This document shows, piece after piece, positions 12,826-26,389 of a stretch of 64,000 nt of DNA (positions are counted from its first letter, which is position 1; each line of letters opens with the position of its first letter). Below the pieces are notes generated by a model. That model did not search any database and had not been told where the DNA came from. It saw nothing but the letters and a program-made list of their open reading frames with translations. Made by a program: the position numbers and the translations under genes. Location of the stretch: contig OX597818.1 in the NCBI GenBank assembly GCA_951406725.2, forward strand, positions 93,186,001 through 93,250,000, written 5' to 3'. This DNA is from Octopus vulgaris. Lineage: Eukaryota.

Positions 12826-14167
12826 TAGAGGCTCCAGCACTCAGGTTGTTCAGGCTTAGCCTAAGTATAAATTTAGTAAAGTGAACATGTATTTGCAAGC
12901 TGATTTAATTTCTGTCAACACTCACTTCAAGTATGTACTTGCAGCCAATAACTTGGACTCCTTTTATTGAGCCTGGTTGCAGTTCATTTATTTTGGTTCA
13001 GCATCTGGCAGTTGTCTTAGAGGTATCCTGTGTCAAAAAATATCATTTGTAGCAGCACCTAACTCAGGCTCAGAAGTTACAGACCAAGTTGTTATCTATA
13101 ATCATAAAAATTAAAGGTAATTCAAATTCAATGTTTTCTTGAAACAATAAATTTCTATAGAGATTAGGATTTCAATTTCAATCTATGAAAAGTTTCCCTT
13201 CTACAATATTCTTAAAGGAATGAAAAATTATCCAGCAACTCGGGCTAATACGAACGAGCCTGGTAGGTATAAAAGACTAACTGGCATCTCTTGTCTAGAG
13301 TACAGGCAACAGTCAGATCATTGATGTTTGTTGTGCAGTTCACTGTCATTATTGATTGCTGTTATTCTGTGCATCTGTGTGTAAAGATCAGTTGTGTTTT
13401 GCAGGGTTGCTTTATTTTTAGTCTTAACTTAGAAATGGAGAAAGACAGTGTGCTAAATTAAAAAACTAAGCCATTTGCGGTAGGGAAATTGCAGAAAAAC
13501 TTGAAATTCTTCGAGCAGGCATGTGTATTATGTGAAATCTGTGATGAGTGCAAGTGATGAAATTTGTGATGAGCCCGGGTGACACTGATGACCTGAAGTT
13601 GCCTCTGATATGTATATTTATTTCATCATCATCATTTAATTTCCATTCTGCTTGTTCTATTGCTTGTTTTGGAGTGTTTTCTGTGACTGGATGCCCTTCC
13701 TAACTCCAATCACTTTACAGAGTGTAATGGCTACTTTTTTCATGGCACCAACACAGAGGGGATTACCAAGAAGCTAGAAAAACAAGACAAAGTCCTCTTG
13801 ACTAGGTGGAGTAGTATTGTGAGGGGTCGCTTTGTGTTAGTTAATGAGAGGTTAAAAGAATAATAGAAGGATAGCGATAAATGTCTTGCTCTAGAAGAGA
13901 TACAAGTATTATCCCAGTTGGAGAAGGGAGGAGACTTAGAGAGAGTACAGAGAGTTGGAGAATTGATGATAAATATGTCAGGACATACACTCAAGGCAGA
14001 GTGGAGAATATAGCTGAAGTGATACTCAAGATGGGACTGAGTGGTGAGGAGGACAGATGGAAAAATTTCAAAAGAATGTGAGGAGATGGTTAAATGAAAT
14101 AAATATGGCTGTAATAGTTGAAGCTGATGTAAAGGAATGGTTCAGGATATATACATGTATATATATA

Positions 14168-14487
14168 GTGCCAGTAGCACGTAAAAAGTACCATCCAAAC
14201 ATGGCTGATGCCAGGGCCGCCTTGACTGGCGTCCATGCCAGTGGCACGTAAAAAGCACCAACTGATCGTGGCCATTGCCAGCCTCCTCTGGCCCCTGTGC
14301 CTGTAGCACATAAAAAGCACCCACTACACTCATGGAGTGGTGGGCATTAGGAAGGGCATCCAGCTGTAGAAACACTGCCAGATCAGACTGGAGCCTGGTG
14401 CAGCCTCCTGGCTTCCCAGACCCTGGTTGAACCGTCCAACCCATGCTAGCATGGAAAACGGACATTAAACGATGATGATGATGATGA
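14168..14487 (+). mobile_element. SINE family B
   Basis: Repeated gcacgtaaaaag units and (gat)n tail. Confidence 0.85.
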
Positions 14488-14578
14488 TATATATATATAT
14501 ATACATGTGCGCGTGTACACACACACACATAGTGGAATTAAAATAACACCAGTATTAATATTTAGTTCCTACATTTAT

Positions 14579-14795
14579 GGCGGCAAGCTGGCAGAACTGC
14601 TAGCACACCAAGTAAAATGCTTAGTGGCATTTCATCCATCCTAATGTTCTGAGTTAAAATTCTGTCACGGTCAACTTTGCCTTTCATCCTTCTGGGTTGG
14701 AGAAAATACATACCAATTGAGTACTGGGGTCAATGTAATTGACTTAACTCACCTCCAAAATTGCTGGCCTTGCACCAAAATTTGAAATCAATATT
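14579..14795 (+). mobile_element. tRNA-derived SINE family D
   Basis: ggcggcaagctggcagaa...ctttgcctttcatcc; related copies at 42841-43078 and 58740-58978. Confidence 0.8.
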
Positions 14796-15203
14796 TAGCT
14801 CTTACATATATTATATATCATGTATGTTAGATATGAACTCTTGGACATTGAAGAAAGAGAGAGAACAATGACTTAGACTACATATCTGTCACAAAGCATC
14901 AACTGTGTTACAAATCACACCATCTTCAGCTAAATTAGTTATATATAACCAATCTACTGGTATAGACTAACAGTACTGCTAACTCACAACTGATCACATA
15001 AGAATCACAGATAATTTTATAGTCACTTATTCATCAGCAGATAAACTTTTCCAAAAGTAAGCAGTAATGAAGTTGTTTGGTATACAACATATACATGATT
15101 TGAGAGCTGTGATAGAGACTGTTGTTTCTTTTAGTGTTAGACAGGTAGCAGTAAATGTCATAATTTATATTTAAAATCTTAACTTGCTACTAAATATATG
15201 CAT

Positions 15204-15641
15204 AGGTGCAGGAGTGGCTGTGTGGTAAGTAGCTTGCTTACGAACCACATCGTTCCGGGTTCAGTTCCACTGCATGGCACCTTGGGCAAGTGTCTTCGTC
15301 TATAGCCTCAGGCCGACCAAAGTCTTGTGAGGGGATTTGGTAGACGGAAACTGAAAGAAGCCTGTCGTATATATGTGTGTGTGTATATATATATATATAT
15401 GTGTATGTATGTATGTGTGTGTATATGTTTATGTGTCTGTGTTTGTCCCCCCCCCACATCACTTGACAACCAATGCTGGTGTCATTACATCCCCGTAACT
15501 TAGCAGTTTGGCAAACGAGACTGATAGAATAAGTACTAGGCTTACAAAGAATAAGTCCTGGGGTCGATTTGCTCGGCTAAAGGCAGTACTCCAGCATGGC
15601 CACAGTCATATGACTGAAACAAGTAAAAGAGTAAAAGAGTA
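15204..15641 (+). mobile_element. SINE family A, full length
   Basis: Matches 3136-3560. Confidence 0.9.
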
Positions 15642-16052
15642 TATGTGTATGTGTGTTTGTGTATACATACATACAGACATACATACATAGTTTATAATTC
15701 ATGGGCAGCCTTCAGCTTTTACATTGAAAGGGTTTTTTCAACACCTTCTGTCTTCAAACCATATGTATTGATAACACATTTGATTCATTGATATAAGTGG
15801 TCTTTGAGACACTGGAGGATTTCAACCAGGATTGTGTCTCTTCAGTCAGAGCTACATCCAGGTCAACCAATTCTAAACAAGAGTGGAAGCTCTTTCTTAT
15901 AGAATTCAGCAAACAAGATGTTTGATGCTGCATGCTGATACCTACCAAACTAAAAATAAATAACAATGCACATGTAACAGTAGGAATGAAAATAATGACG
16001 TACACATTTATTCTTAATATATTCTAGCAGATTTGAACATGAATATGTTAAT

Positions 16053-16260
16053 TACATTATTTACATTTGACGGATATTTGTCCTCATCTTGTTTGTTGTT
16101 AACACATTTCAGCTGATATACCCTCCAGCCTTCTTCAGGTGTCGTGGGGAGATTTCGAACCTATGTTCTCATTCCTAAGGTATTTTTCGATGTTATTATT
16201 ATTATTATTATTATTGTTATTGTTCAGGTCACTGCTTGGAATAATAATAATAACAATAAC

Positions 16261-16310
<50 letters not shown>

Positions 16311-16497
16311 CAACAACAGCAACATCGAAAAATACTTCAGGAATGAGAACCCAGGTTTGAAATTTCCTCAAGATGCTTCAAGAAGGCTGGAGGGTATATC
16401 AGCCAAATTGTTGTGTTAACAACAAACAAGGTGAGAACAAATATCCATCAAATGTAAATAATGTACATAATTCCTCATCTCTAAAATATAGAACTGT
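16053..16497. mobile_element. Head-to-head pair of family H2 (Penelope-like) with minimal hammerhead motifs at 16101-16143 (-) and 16372-16417 (+)
   Basis: Inverted arms around a (TTA)n/(TAA)n core; the left arm is 3'-truncated; same family as 56748-57445. Confidence 0.85.
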
Positions 16498-16796
16498 AAT
16501 ATGCTAATTGTTTAATAGTTGTATTTCATCTTTGGAAAACACCTACTCCATATAGTGTGTGTGTGTGTGGGGGGGGGGTACATGCATGTGTGTGTTTGTG
16601 AACGTATGTGTGTATGTATATATAGATATAGATATTAGCTATATTAGCTAAATTGAAAAATGGCTAAAAATTTTCTATATAAAATCTCTCTTGGAATCTT
16701 AATCTTAAAGTCTTGAGTATGAAGATAATATATTACAGCCACTGTTTGTTTGACATGTGTGGAATTAAGTATTGCATCAACTATTATTCAACAGTA

Positions 16797-17085
16797 CAGG
16801 TATAACACCGATTTTTCCAGAACCTTTGGTTCTAAAAACCATTCCAGGTAACTGATTTTTCCGACATAAATTTACCTAAATAATTACATGAAATACAAAT
16901 ACCTGTACATTTGGTAAATTATATAAATTATGCAATTAATACAGTACTGTACAAGATGTTAGTCTGTGCAAGGTACTAGTAAACTAGTCTGATGGTCACG
17001 AGAATTTGAAGTTCCTACTTGTAAATTAGTTCATAATATAAAAGATGCTGCGCTATCAGTGTCCAGAAAGTCAGTGTTGTACCTG
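16797..17085. mobile_element. Tc1/pogo-type MITE
   Basis: ta|caggtataacaccgattt ... aagtcagtgttgtacctg|ta: TIRs and TA TSD. Confidence 0.75.
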
Positions 17086-17135
17086 TATTTTGCCTTCGAT
17101 CTTTAAGACAGTATGTTATTTCAAAACAAGATCAA

Positions 17136-17355
17136 CCCTTTCGTTACTGTATTTATATTGAAATGCTCTGTATTTCTTTCAGTTACTTTAAATATAACAA
17201 AGAATTTAGTAAAATAACTTAGTTATCATTCAGCTAGTGTTAGGAACATAAATTGTGAGTAAGGTTTGGTGGAAGATTTTAATTCAAAACTTATGAAAAC
17301 AGGACATTTATACTCAGAACCAGAGCCAGTTTCAGCCAGGTTGGTAACAAAAGGG
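17136..17355. mobile_element. piggyBac-type MITE
   Basis: tcaa|ccctttcgttac ... gtaacaaaaggg|ttaa; related copy at 55842-56021. Confidence 0.75.
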
Positions 17356-18486
17356 TTAAAAAGAAATATATTCATTTTGTTATTCATCAATCTTGATACT
17401 TTATTTTTATCAATTCTGAAAGGATGAAAAGCAAAGTTGACTCTGGTGGTATTTGAACTCAAAAACATAAAAAGTTTAAAGAAATGCTGCTAAACAATTT
17501 GTTCAACATGCTAATGACTGAGTTTGTCACTTTAATAATAATGACGATGATGATGATGATGATAGTGCTCATGGTAGTGGTGGTTGGCGCTGTGATGGTG
17601 GCAGTGAAGCAGTAGTGGCTACTGTAGTGGTGGTGACGGTAACAGTGGTAGTGGTGGTGGCAGTTGTAGTTGATGGTAGTGGTGATATTTTTTCCATTTA
17701 GCATATAACATTAGTCCTGTGAGCCTTGTTTACTACAATTTTGTTTGTGCATAAAACGTCCCATTTATCTGTTTGAATGAATTCTTTGTCTGATCTCTCT
17801 CCACCACAATCTATAATTTAATTTATACTGATTTACTACATTCATGCTCAGGAATCTCATCAAATAATTTTCTCCATTTTCTCTCGTCAAAGATGATGTA
17901 TAACACTGCCTTTTCTAAAACATCAATATCATAAACAAAATATGGCTTATTTCCTGTTACTCCACACAAGCAAACATTTCACCATTATGATTCTTTGCTA
18001 CTCATTATCACTTGAAAATGTTTCAGACAAAGTATTATGTCCTTCCTGTACACATTTCTCAATGTTTTCTGCATTTCTTTGAATTAAATTCCCAAAACCA
18101 AATCCATGCTGTGTGTTCCATTGATGTGTTCTCTTCCATAGCTTGGTTTCTTTTAAGAATGTAGAATTCTGTTCAATTGTGATTTCTTTAGGCACTGTAA
18201 ATGGTTCAATATTAACACTGAGATCCAAATGAAGTTCTTTTTTTTTCATTTTGTTTTTGAATAAGTGTGCCAGCTTCTGCTGATGAATATCCATCGATAA
18301 GGTTTTTTGAAAGGAGCTGTGTGGATGGTGCAGGCATGGTTATGTAGTACCCAACAACATGACTCTGAGTGAGTTCAGTTCCACTGCTTGGTACCTTTGG
18401 GAAGTGTTTTCTACTATACTTCTGAAGTTGACCAAAGCTTTGTTAGTAGATTTTGCAGGTAGAAACTGAAAGAAGCCTGTAGTGTG

Positions 18487-18554
<68 letters not shown>

Positions 18555-18574
18555 CATACATACATACATGTGTG

Positions 18575-18613
<39 letters not shown>

Positions 18614-18615
18614 TT

Positions 18616-18935
18616 ACATAATTAAGGGATTAGCAAAATGTTGCTTCACCACATACCGAAAATTTAGAAATAGCAGTCAAAACTACTAATTCTTCTACAA
18701 CAATATATCTCCACAGACTGTCTATGGAGAAATATTGTAATAGAAGAATTAGTAGTTTTGACTGCTATTTCTAAATTTTTGGTATGTGGTGAATCAACTT
18801 TTTGCTAATCCCTTAATTATGTTTATAATTATAAAAAAACTTTTTTGCATAAGTTTGTACCAATAATTGTCTTTTTTCCATACCGAAGCTACTTGGTAAA
18901 ATTTATTAATTATTAAATTAATAATTCTTTACCCT
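18616..18935. repeat. Palindrome 18616-18822 (about 100-bp arms); right arm continues to the element end near 18935
   Basis: acataattaagggattagc... versus ...gctaatcccttaattatgt; same family as 21420-21694. Confidence 0.85.
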
Positions 18936-18941
18936 ATATAT

Positions 18942-19050
<109 letters not shown>

Positions 19051-19461
19051 CATATATACATATACATATATGCATGCATATATATGCATACATATATATA
19101 CACACATATATATATATGTGTGTACATATATATATATATATACATACATATATTTATGTCTTTATTTATCTATCTATTTATTTATCCATATGAGTGTAAT
19201 TAATAAGTACATCTAATTGATGCTTGTAAGCTGATATTTGTCAACTAATTATCTTCATTTTCTTCACTTCCTGAGCATTAAACTTATACATCTGTTTGTT
19301 GTCTACACTGCCTGTCTTCATCTTTTGTTTTTTGTGAATTCTCCCCATATACATATATATATATATACATATACACACATATATATATACATACAAACAC
19401 ACATATATATATTTACACACACACATATATATATATACATATATATATGTATATATATATA

Positions 19462-19754
19462 TCATGTGATCACGTGACCGATCAGACCATCAGATGTTGT
19501 TACACATCGCTGGTCACAATGCGTTCGCATTGTTTTAGCCTTCGAATGATGCCACCCCGCTGGCTAAGCGAGCAGACCAGCAGAAGAAAGAGTGGTGGAA
19601 GAGTACAGCAGGGATCAACACCCCCTGCCGGAGCCTCGTGGAGCTTTTAGGTGTTTTTGCTCAATAAACACTCACAAGGCCCGGTCTGGGAATCGAAACT
19701 GCGATCCTATGACCGCGAGTCCACTGCCCTAACCACTGGGCCATTGCGCCTCCA
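19462..19754 (-). mobile_element. tRNA-derived SINE family E, CpG-rich (probably young)
   Basis: Head ggaggcgcaatggcccagtggttagggcagtggactcgcggtc...gtttcgattccc; related head at 58132. Confidence 0.8.
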
Positions 19755-19755
19755 C

Positions 19756-19816
<61 letters not shown>

Positions 19817-19830
<14 letters not shown>

Positions 19831-20053
19831 CATCATCATCATCATCATCGTTTAACGTCTGTTCTCCATGCTAGCATGGGTTGGACGGTTCGACCGGGGA
19901 TCTGGGAAGCCAGAAGGCTGCACCAGGCTCCAGTCTTATCTGGAGCCTGGTGCAGCCTTCTGGCTTCCCAGATCCCCGGTCGAACCGTCCAACCCATGCT
20001 AGCATGGAGAACGGACGTTAAACGATGATGATGATGATGATATATAATATATA
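19817..20053. repeat. Near-perfect palindrome of the family B 3' end plus flank
   Basis: About 115-bp arms with a 6-nt loop (tcttat, 19934-19939); one substitution and one GAT unit differ. Confidence 0.95.
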
Positions 20054-20171
20054 AGACAAGCTGCTAGCGCCATAGCTCATCAACTGCCCACCGATCTTAC
20101 GCTTCCTCCTGACACTGCCTCATTCCGACCATCCCCTTTAGTACCCTCCCGCCTCGTAATATCCTACGTTT

Positions 20172-20526
20172 TTTATTTCTTAGGAACCTACACCAACCCT
20201 TCCTGCCATCGTTCCTCCTTACCCCAACCTTCCCCACTGGTTGCTCCCCTATATTACCCGCCTCAACTGGACCCCCTCCCCAACTCAACTCTAGAATATC
20301 TGTATTTCTTTCCTCTACCTAATTACGTTACTCAGTGACGATAACGAATGTCTTTATTTCTTAGGAACCTACACCAACCCTTCCTTCCATCGTTCCTCCT
20401 TACCCCAACCTTCCCCACTGGTTGCTCCCCTATATTACCCGCCTCAACTGGACCCCCCTCCCCAACTCAACTCTAGAATATCTGTATTTCTTTCCTCTAC
20501 CTAATTACGTTACTCAGTGACGATAA
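20172..20526. repeat. Tandem duplication of about 173 bp (20172-20344 / 20353-20526)
   Basis: Near-identical copies separated by cgaatgtc; followed by three ~18-bp units gatccccaaagtaccc(t)g at 20600-20655. Confidence 0.9.
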
Positions 20527-20662
20527 ATGCTGTGACTACAAAGACCCGGGCTGCTTTCTGCAGCAATTCCACATACCCCCTACCCATTCTAAGTACACCG
20601 GATCCCCAAAGTACCCTGGATCCCCAAAGTACCCCGATCCCCAAAGTACCCCGGACCTCGTT

Positions 20663-20913
20663 GCCCCCGTGCCGCTGACACGTTAAAATGCTCGAACCGA
20701 TCGTGACGATGCCGGACCCTCCGGCCCCTGTGCAGGTGGCACGTAAAAAGCACCCAATCCACTCACGGAGTGGTTGGCGTTAGGAAGGGCATCCAGCCGT
20801 AGAAACTCTGCCAGATTCAGACTGGAGCCTGGTGCGGCCCCTGGCTTCCCAGACCCGGTCAAACCGTCCAACCCGTGCTAGCGCGGAAAGCGGACGTTAA
20901 ACGATGATGATGA
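20663..20913 (+). mobile_element. SINE family B, CpG-rich copy
   Basis: Family B body and tail with CpGs intact. Confidence 0.85.
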
Positions 20914-20975
20914 TATATATATATACATGTGGATATATATATATATATATATATATGTATATGTATATATATATG

Positions 20976-21088
<113 letters not shown>

Positions 21089-21419
21089 TCATACATGCAT
21101 GTATATATACATATGTATATACATACATATATATACATATATATATATACATACACATATATATATGTATTTATATATATATATATATATACACATACAT
21201 ACATACATACATCCATATACACACACATATGTGTGTGTGTATCTATGTATAAAAGGTAAAGGGTAAAGACCCCCTATGTTCATTAACAACCATGGGATTA
21301 CACCTAGAAAGTTTTCCTCAGAGGCACAAGTCTTGACAAGGTTGTTTATGGAAAACCCAACACTCTAACCACTGAGTTATGCACCTATATATATATATAC
21401 ATATATATATATAATCAAT

Positions 21420-21694
21420 AATAATAAAGGGTAAAATTAATTAATTAATTAGTAATCAATAATTTCACCAAGTAGAATTTGGCATGATAAAGGACCATTT
21501 CTCGGTAAACTTAAACAATATTTTATAATTACGAGTATAATTATAATTAGGCTTCAGCAAAAATTTGCTCTACCACATAGCAAAGTTTAGAAATAGCAGC
21601 CAAAGAATCTTATATATATACAGATCGTTAAATTAAAAATAGCTAAGCTTCTTTGGCAGCTATTTCTAAACTTTGGTATGTGGTAAAGCAAATT
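21420..21694. repeat. Penelope-like element with short terminal inverted arm (21562-21607 / 21647-21694)
   Basis: taccacatagcaaagtttagaaatagc versus gctatttctaaactttggtatgtggta. Confidence 0.75.
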
Positions 21695-21705
21695 ATATAT
21701 ATACA

Positions 21706-21864
21706 GCAGGAGTGGCTGTGTGGTAAGTAGCTTGCTAACCAACCACATGGTTCCGGGTTCAGTCCCACTGCATGGCATCTTGGGCAAGTGTCTTCTGCTA
21801 TAGCCCCGGGGAGACCAATGCCTTGTGAGTGGATTTGGTAGACGGAAACTGAAAGAAGCCTGTC

Positions 21865-21914
<50 letters not shown>

Positions 21915-22130
21915 CTTTATGTGTCTGTGTTTGTCCCCCTAGCATTGCTTGACAACCGATGCTGGTGTGTTTACGTCCCCGTCACTTAGCGGTTCGGCAA
22001 AAGAGAATGATAGAATAAGTACTGGGCTTACAAAGAATAAGTCCCAGGGTCGATTTGCTCGACTAAAGGCGGTGCTCCAGCATGGCCGCAGTCAAATGAC
22101 TGAAACAAGTAAAAGAGTAAGAGTAAAGAG
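21706..22130 (+). mobile_element. SINE family A, full length
   Basis: Matches 3136-3560. Confidence 0.9.
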
Positions 22131-22599
22131 ATATATTGTAGGAGCTCTCCACTTGACAACTAGTGTTGGCTTGCTTATACCTGCATAACTTAGCAGTTTG
22201 GCAAAAATAACCAATAGAATAAGTAACAGATTAAAAGAAAATTCTTGGGCCAATACATTCAAGTAAAATCATTCATGGTGGTGCCCCAGCTTGGTTGCAG
22301 TCCAATTAATGAAACAAATAAAAGATGTAAGATGAAAGATATGACCTCTCAAGTGATGACCTCTGATTTTTGTGCTTTTATTCATCTCTTGCTTTTGTTT
22401 TAATTTCCTTTGATGCTCTAGTCTTCTGTGTGTGCATTACACTGATATGATTGAAGCATAAAATTCTTATTGGAGAATTATTGACTATAATAAATTCGTG
22501 TTATTTGTTGTTCTGTGGCCAAAATATTCATAATGCACATCAGCCACTTAAAAGATGAATGTATGTGACAAAATGACAGCAGAGAGAGGGAGAGACAGA

Positions 22600-25110
22600 G
22601 ACAGAGAAACAGACAGACAAGGTACAAACGACATCAAAAGTCTATTCGGAACTGTTAGGAGATTCTCACGTGATATAAAATGTATTTAAGAAAATCCCAA
22701 ATCAAAGATGATTAAGGGACACTTTGGGTGTCATAAATCTCCAGATTACCGACACTTAAAACAGAATAGGAAATTTTTACCCACATCCTTCTTGCAAGTT
22801 AGCATGTTGGCTGCAAATGCAAGGTGATCTGGAGTCGACATGGGATCAGAAAATCCTTCTGAACGATCTCAATCCCGGAAATCTACATGTAAAAGCTAAC
22901 AACACGATCATAATTTTCGAGACGTACTAGTCCACGCCCCTGGCTAACAAACATAATCTGCTCCGCTTTCAGCCGGCCTAGAACGTGCAGTGTGACAGTA
23001 CTGCTTCAGAAAGGCATAAACGTAGAAGTATGTACGATCTTAGAGTCGAATAGTAAGGTCGGTAGTCCTGTATATAATAAGCGATGCTTTCAAACTGATA
23101 GCAGCTAGAAAGCCGGATTTTTTCAGATATCTAGAGGCTCTCCTAGGAGCATCTCACTCATTTATGTTAGTGGGTAACCTGAATAGCTTTTTAGACATAC
23201 GCAGGGATTGTATAAGAATTTCCAACTGTCATATGAATATCAGCCATATTTCTCGAATGCACAAATATCGACTTATACAATACACAACGATTCTTTCAAA
23301 TCGTATTTAGTGTTTTTAATTAGATTAACCGACAGAGAATACGTAAGTTGTTCACAGTTTAGGTTTGTGGTTAAGCAGACTGTAAAATCGTGATATGCAC
23401 TGTCAACTTAGACATGACTGAAAAAAAAAAATATTCAACTAAAAAGTAAAATTCTGTGAACGGGAAATTAAATACGTCTTTCTTGGCAAGGAAATATTTC
23501 AGGGATCAGGTTAGTGGCTTGTGACGAGAATGGGGATCTTTTCAAGATTGAAAAGATCCAAGAATGGTCCTTGACCGCTTCCTCGGCACGAAGTATGAAG
23601 TGTGCGTTGTTTAAGGATGCATGCACCCAAAAACGAGAGAGAGAGAGAGGTGGAGAGTGAGAGATAGAGAGAGGGGAGAGTGAGAGAGAGAGTGAAAGAG
23701 ACAGACAGGAATGACGTTAGGTGGATGCGGTTAGCGAAAATATAGCATGGCAGCGAAGTCACACATCGATCTTAGGTGGATCACAGTAGGCACATGCTAT
23801 CTGTTTCTATGCGGCTTTTCAGCGATACTTTGCTGAAGTGTTCGAGAGGAGCGACGAACTGGAAACGATAGATTTTGGTTTCGATGTTGATGGTATGTCC
23901 CAACTCTCAGTCAAAGATGAAATGTGCGGCAAAAAATCGATCTTAGCAGAAGTAAATAGAGTTGTTGGTAGCTGAGAGATCGGCAAAATGAAATTCTGCG
24001 AATTTTACAGTTACAAACTATATTTGTTTACCACTGTCAAGGCAACTGTCTACTGCTGATTGGCAGAAGACGAAGAATATTTCAAGTCGAGTCATCCAAG
24101 GATTGGTGATGCTAGTGAGAAAGGACTCAGGGTGGTAAAAGCAAACAGCCACATACCAGAAACATTTTGCATTGTGAAACTGAAGGCCAAGGAATCATAC
24201 TTTCATCGCTTCTGTATGTGTTCGGTTTGGAGCATTTGTTGCAGATGTTAGAAACGTTGAGAGCCATCTCGTGCAAAGTGGGACACACGATAGTTGTGTC
24301 AGCATACGCAAACGATATCACCGTCATGGGATCTGGCATATCAAAAATCGAGTTGGCTGACATTATTCTGGGCATAACCGACTTAACCATTCAATACATG
24401 CTCCTTGACTTGGGATCTAGAGAGGTAAGTCCAAGTAAGGCAGTGGTTTTTGTCGCTGGACCAAAAATCTAGTTAAAATGCTTGAGATTTGGTTTGGAGC
24501 AGACTTCCATATAGATAAAAAATGAGAAGAGATCGTGACAAAAGCGATTAGTCTTACTCAGAAATGGACAGAGAGAAAGCAATCGCTAGAGGTCGGGCTG
24601 AAGTAGTCAATATCTATAGTAGTAACATCTACAATTGTCGATGAACTTCGGCCTGACCATCGTGCATTGCTCCAAGACACACCTAATCACACTGGAGTGT
24701 ATGCTCTATCGCTTCTTGAGGAAAGGACAAGCTCTGTCGGTTGAGATGTTTATCAGCTGCATGCGCCGAACAGAAGGGGGGTTTGGGATTTCTGTGATTG
24801 ATAACGTGCAGGCACGTGCTAAAGATGACATATAAACAAAGATTTCAGGACAGTGACTGCACGTGTAGCCGTCATTTGGGCGACATACTTTCCTGTAGTT
24901 CATATCATCGGCCGAGTTGCAGTCCTGGATGAAATATAGATCGAGAGATACTGCCATGAACTCACGGAAATCTACTAGATGGACCTTCTTATCTGTGGAA
25001 AACCGAATTAGGGGAAGTTCTAAGAATCACAAGGACTCCATAAAGCCAGGACCGTCTTAGTAACATTATTGACTCCCAGGAAAATCAGTGCCTTGGACCC
25101 TGTAGTATAT
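22600..25110 (+). mobile_element. Heavily decayed Tx1/L1-clade non-LTR retrotransposon
   Basis: APE-like DFFRYLEALLGASHSFMLVGNLN (about 23120-23185); RT motifs QGIILSSLLYVFGLEHLL and VSAYANDITV (ORF 24167..24472); downstream LYRFLRKG...GGFGI. The 5' boundary is uncertain. Confidence 0.8.
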
Positions 25111-25330
25111 ACTTATTGATAGCTAGCCACAACATACATACATCAGATTTGGCCCCCGGATATTTCCCAGTGTACCTATACTTAAAGACGGCACTGCATA
25201 AAGCCTTGACACAAATTTTGGCCTTTGTACTTTGTATTGTTCATTATAATTTGCTACGTAGAGGTGAATGAAATCAACTGAAATTAATTTGAAATTAAAA
25301 TCATTTGAATATTCAATTAAGGCTTGATAG

Positions 25331-25448
25331 CAGTAGTGCAACATGGTTTTGACCACCTCTTCCTTAAACATAACATACCTTCGACTACAGCAAACACCCA
25401 TCTGCATATTCCCCCGTCTGATCTGCATATTCCCACGCTGCACCACTG
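25331..25448. mobile_element. Small hAT-like MITE
   Basis: TIRs cagtagtgcaacatgg / ccacgctgcaccactg; 8-bp flanks cttgatag / cttgaaac (6 of 8 match). Confidence 0.55.
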
Positions 25449-26014
25449 CTTGAAACGAGAATTTGAGTTCACAATAAAATTTTTCCGTCATTAGGACGGA
25501 TATTAAAGATGGTAAACTTAAATTAGATAAATCACCATTTCAGTTTGAGGTTAATAAATATTCTATTTTCAAATATACTCATTAATCACATCGCCAATCA
25601 ACATCATCAGTAACTTTTTTTAGGTACAAAAAGCGTCAGAGAAAGCACACGCAACATAAAAAGAACTTATTAAAGAACAGCCTGTTATAGCGTATCCTTA
25701 TTTTATGGCAAGGCACTGACTACTGACAACTGACTGATAGATCAATTAAAGTGATCAGGTTTATACCATTACCAGGAGGAGCTGACTGACATATCACAGC
25801 CTAGTAACTAACTTACCCAGTGAACGTGATAAAAGAAGCCAGAGGAGTTAAAGTTGAATTTGACTGATGGTTTGTTTAGTTAGTTACTCATAACATACCC
25901 TAATATCTAATTTCAACATTTTTTCATATATTATTCATATTATTCATAGGCCCTCAGATCACTCAAGGGGCTCTTTCGTCTACCTTTTTGTATAATCGGA
26001 CCGTTATTTATATT

Positions 26015-26055
<41 letters not shown>

Positions 26056-26076
26056 ATATATATATATATATATATA

Positions 26077-26117
<41 letters not shown>

Positions 26118-26389
26118 AGATAGATAGATACGCATACACACCTAACCATTCATGTGTGTGCGCGTGTGCGTATGTATGGATGTATGTAGGTATGCATGTA
26201 TGTACGAAGAAAGATTTTCTTAAAATATATAAAATATCTGAATAAAACAGAACCACATAAACCTTTTGGGAGGACGCTTTCCAATTGTGTTAAGCACTTT
26301 CGCTGTTCAAAGCTTTTCAAACACACGAATTATGGGGTAATCTATACAGAAGTCGTTTTTAGTCGCAATGTTTAGTAGTAATATTTCTA

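Noticed and set aside
19680-19754. tRNA-like heads (also 3136, 4225, 58132) as tRNA genes
   Set aside because: They continue into SINE bodies and lack a complete acceptor stem.
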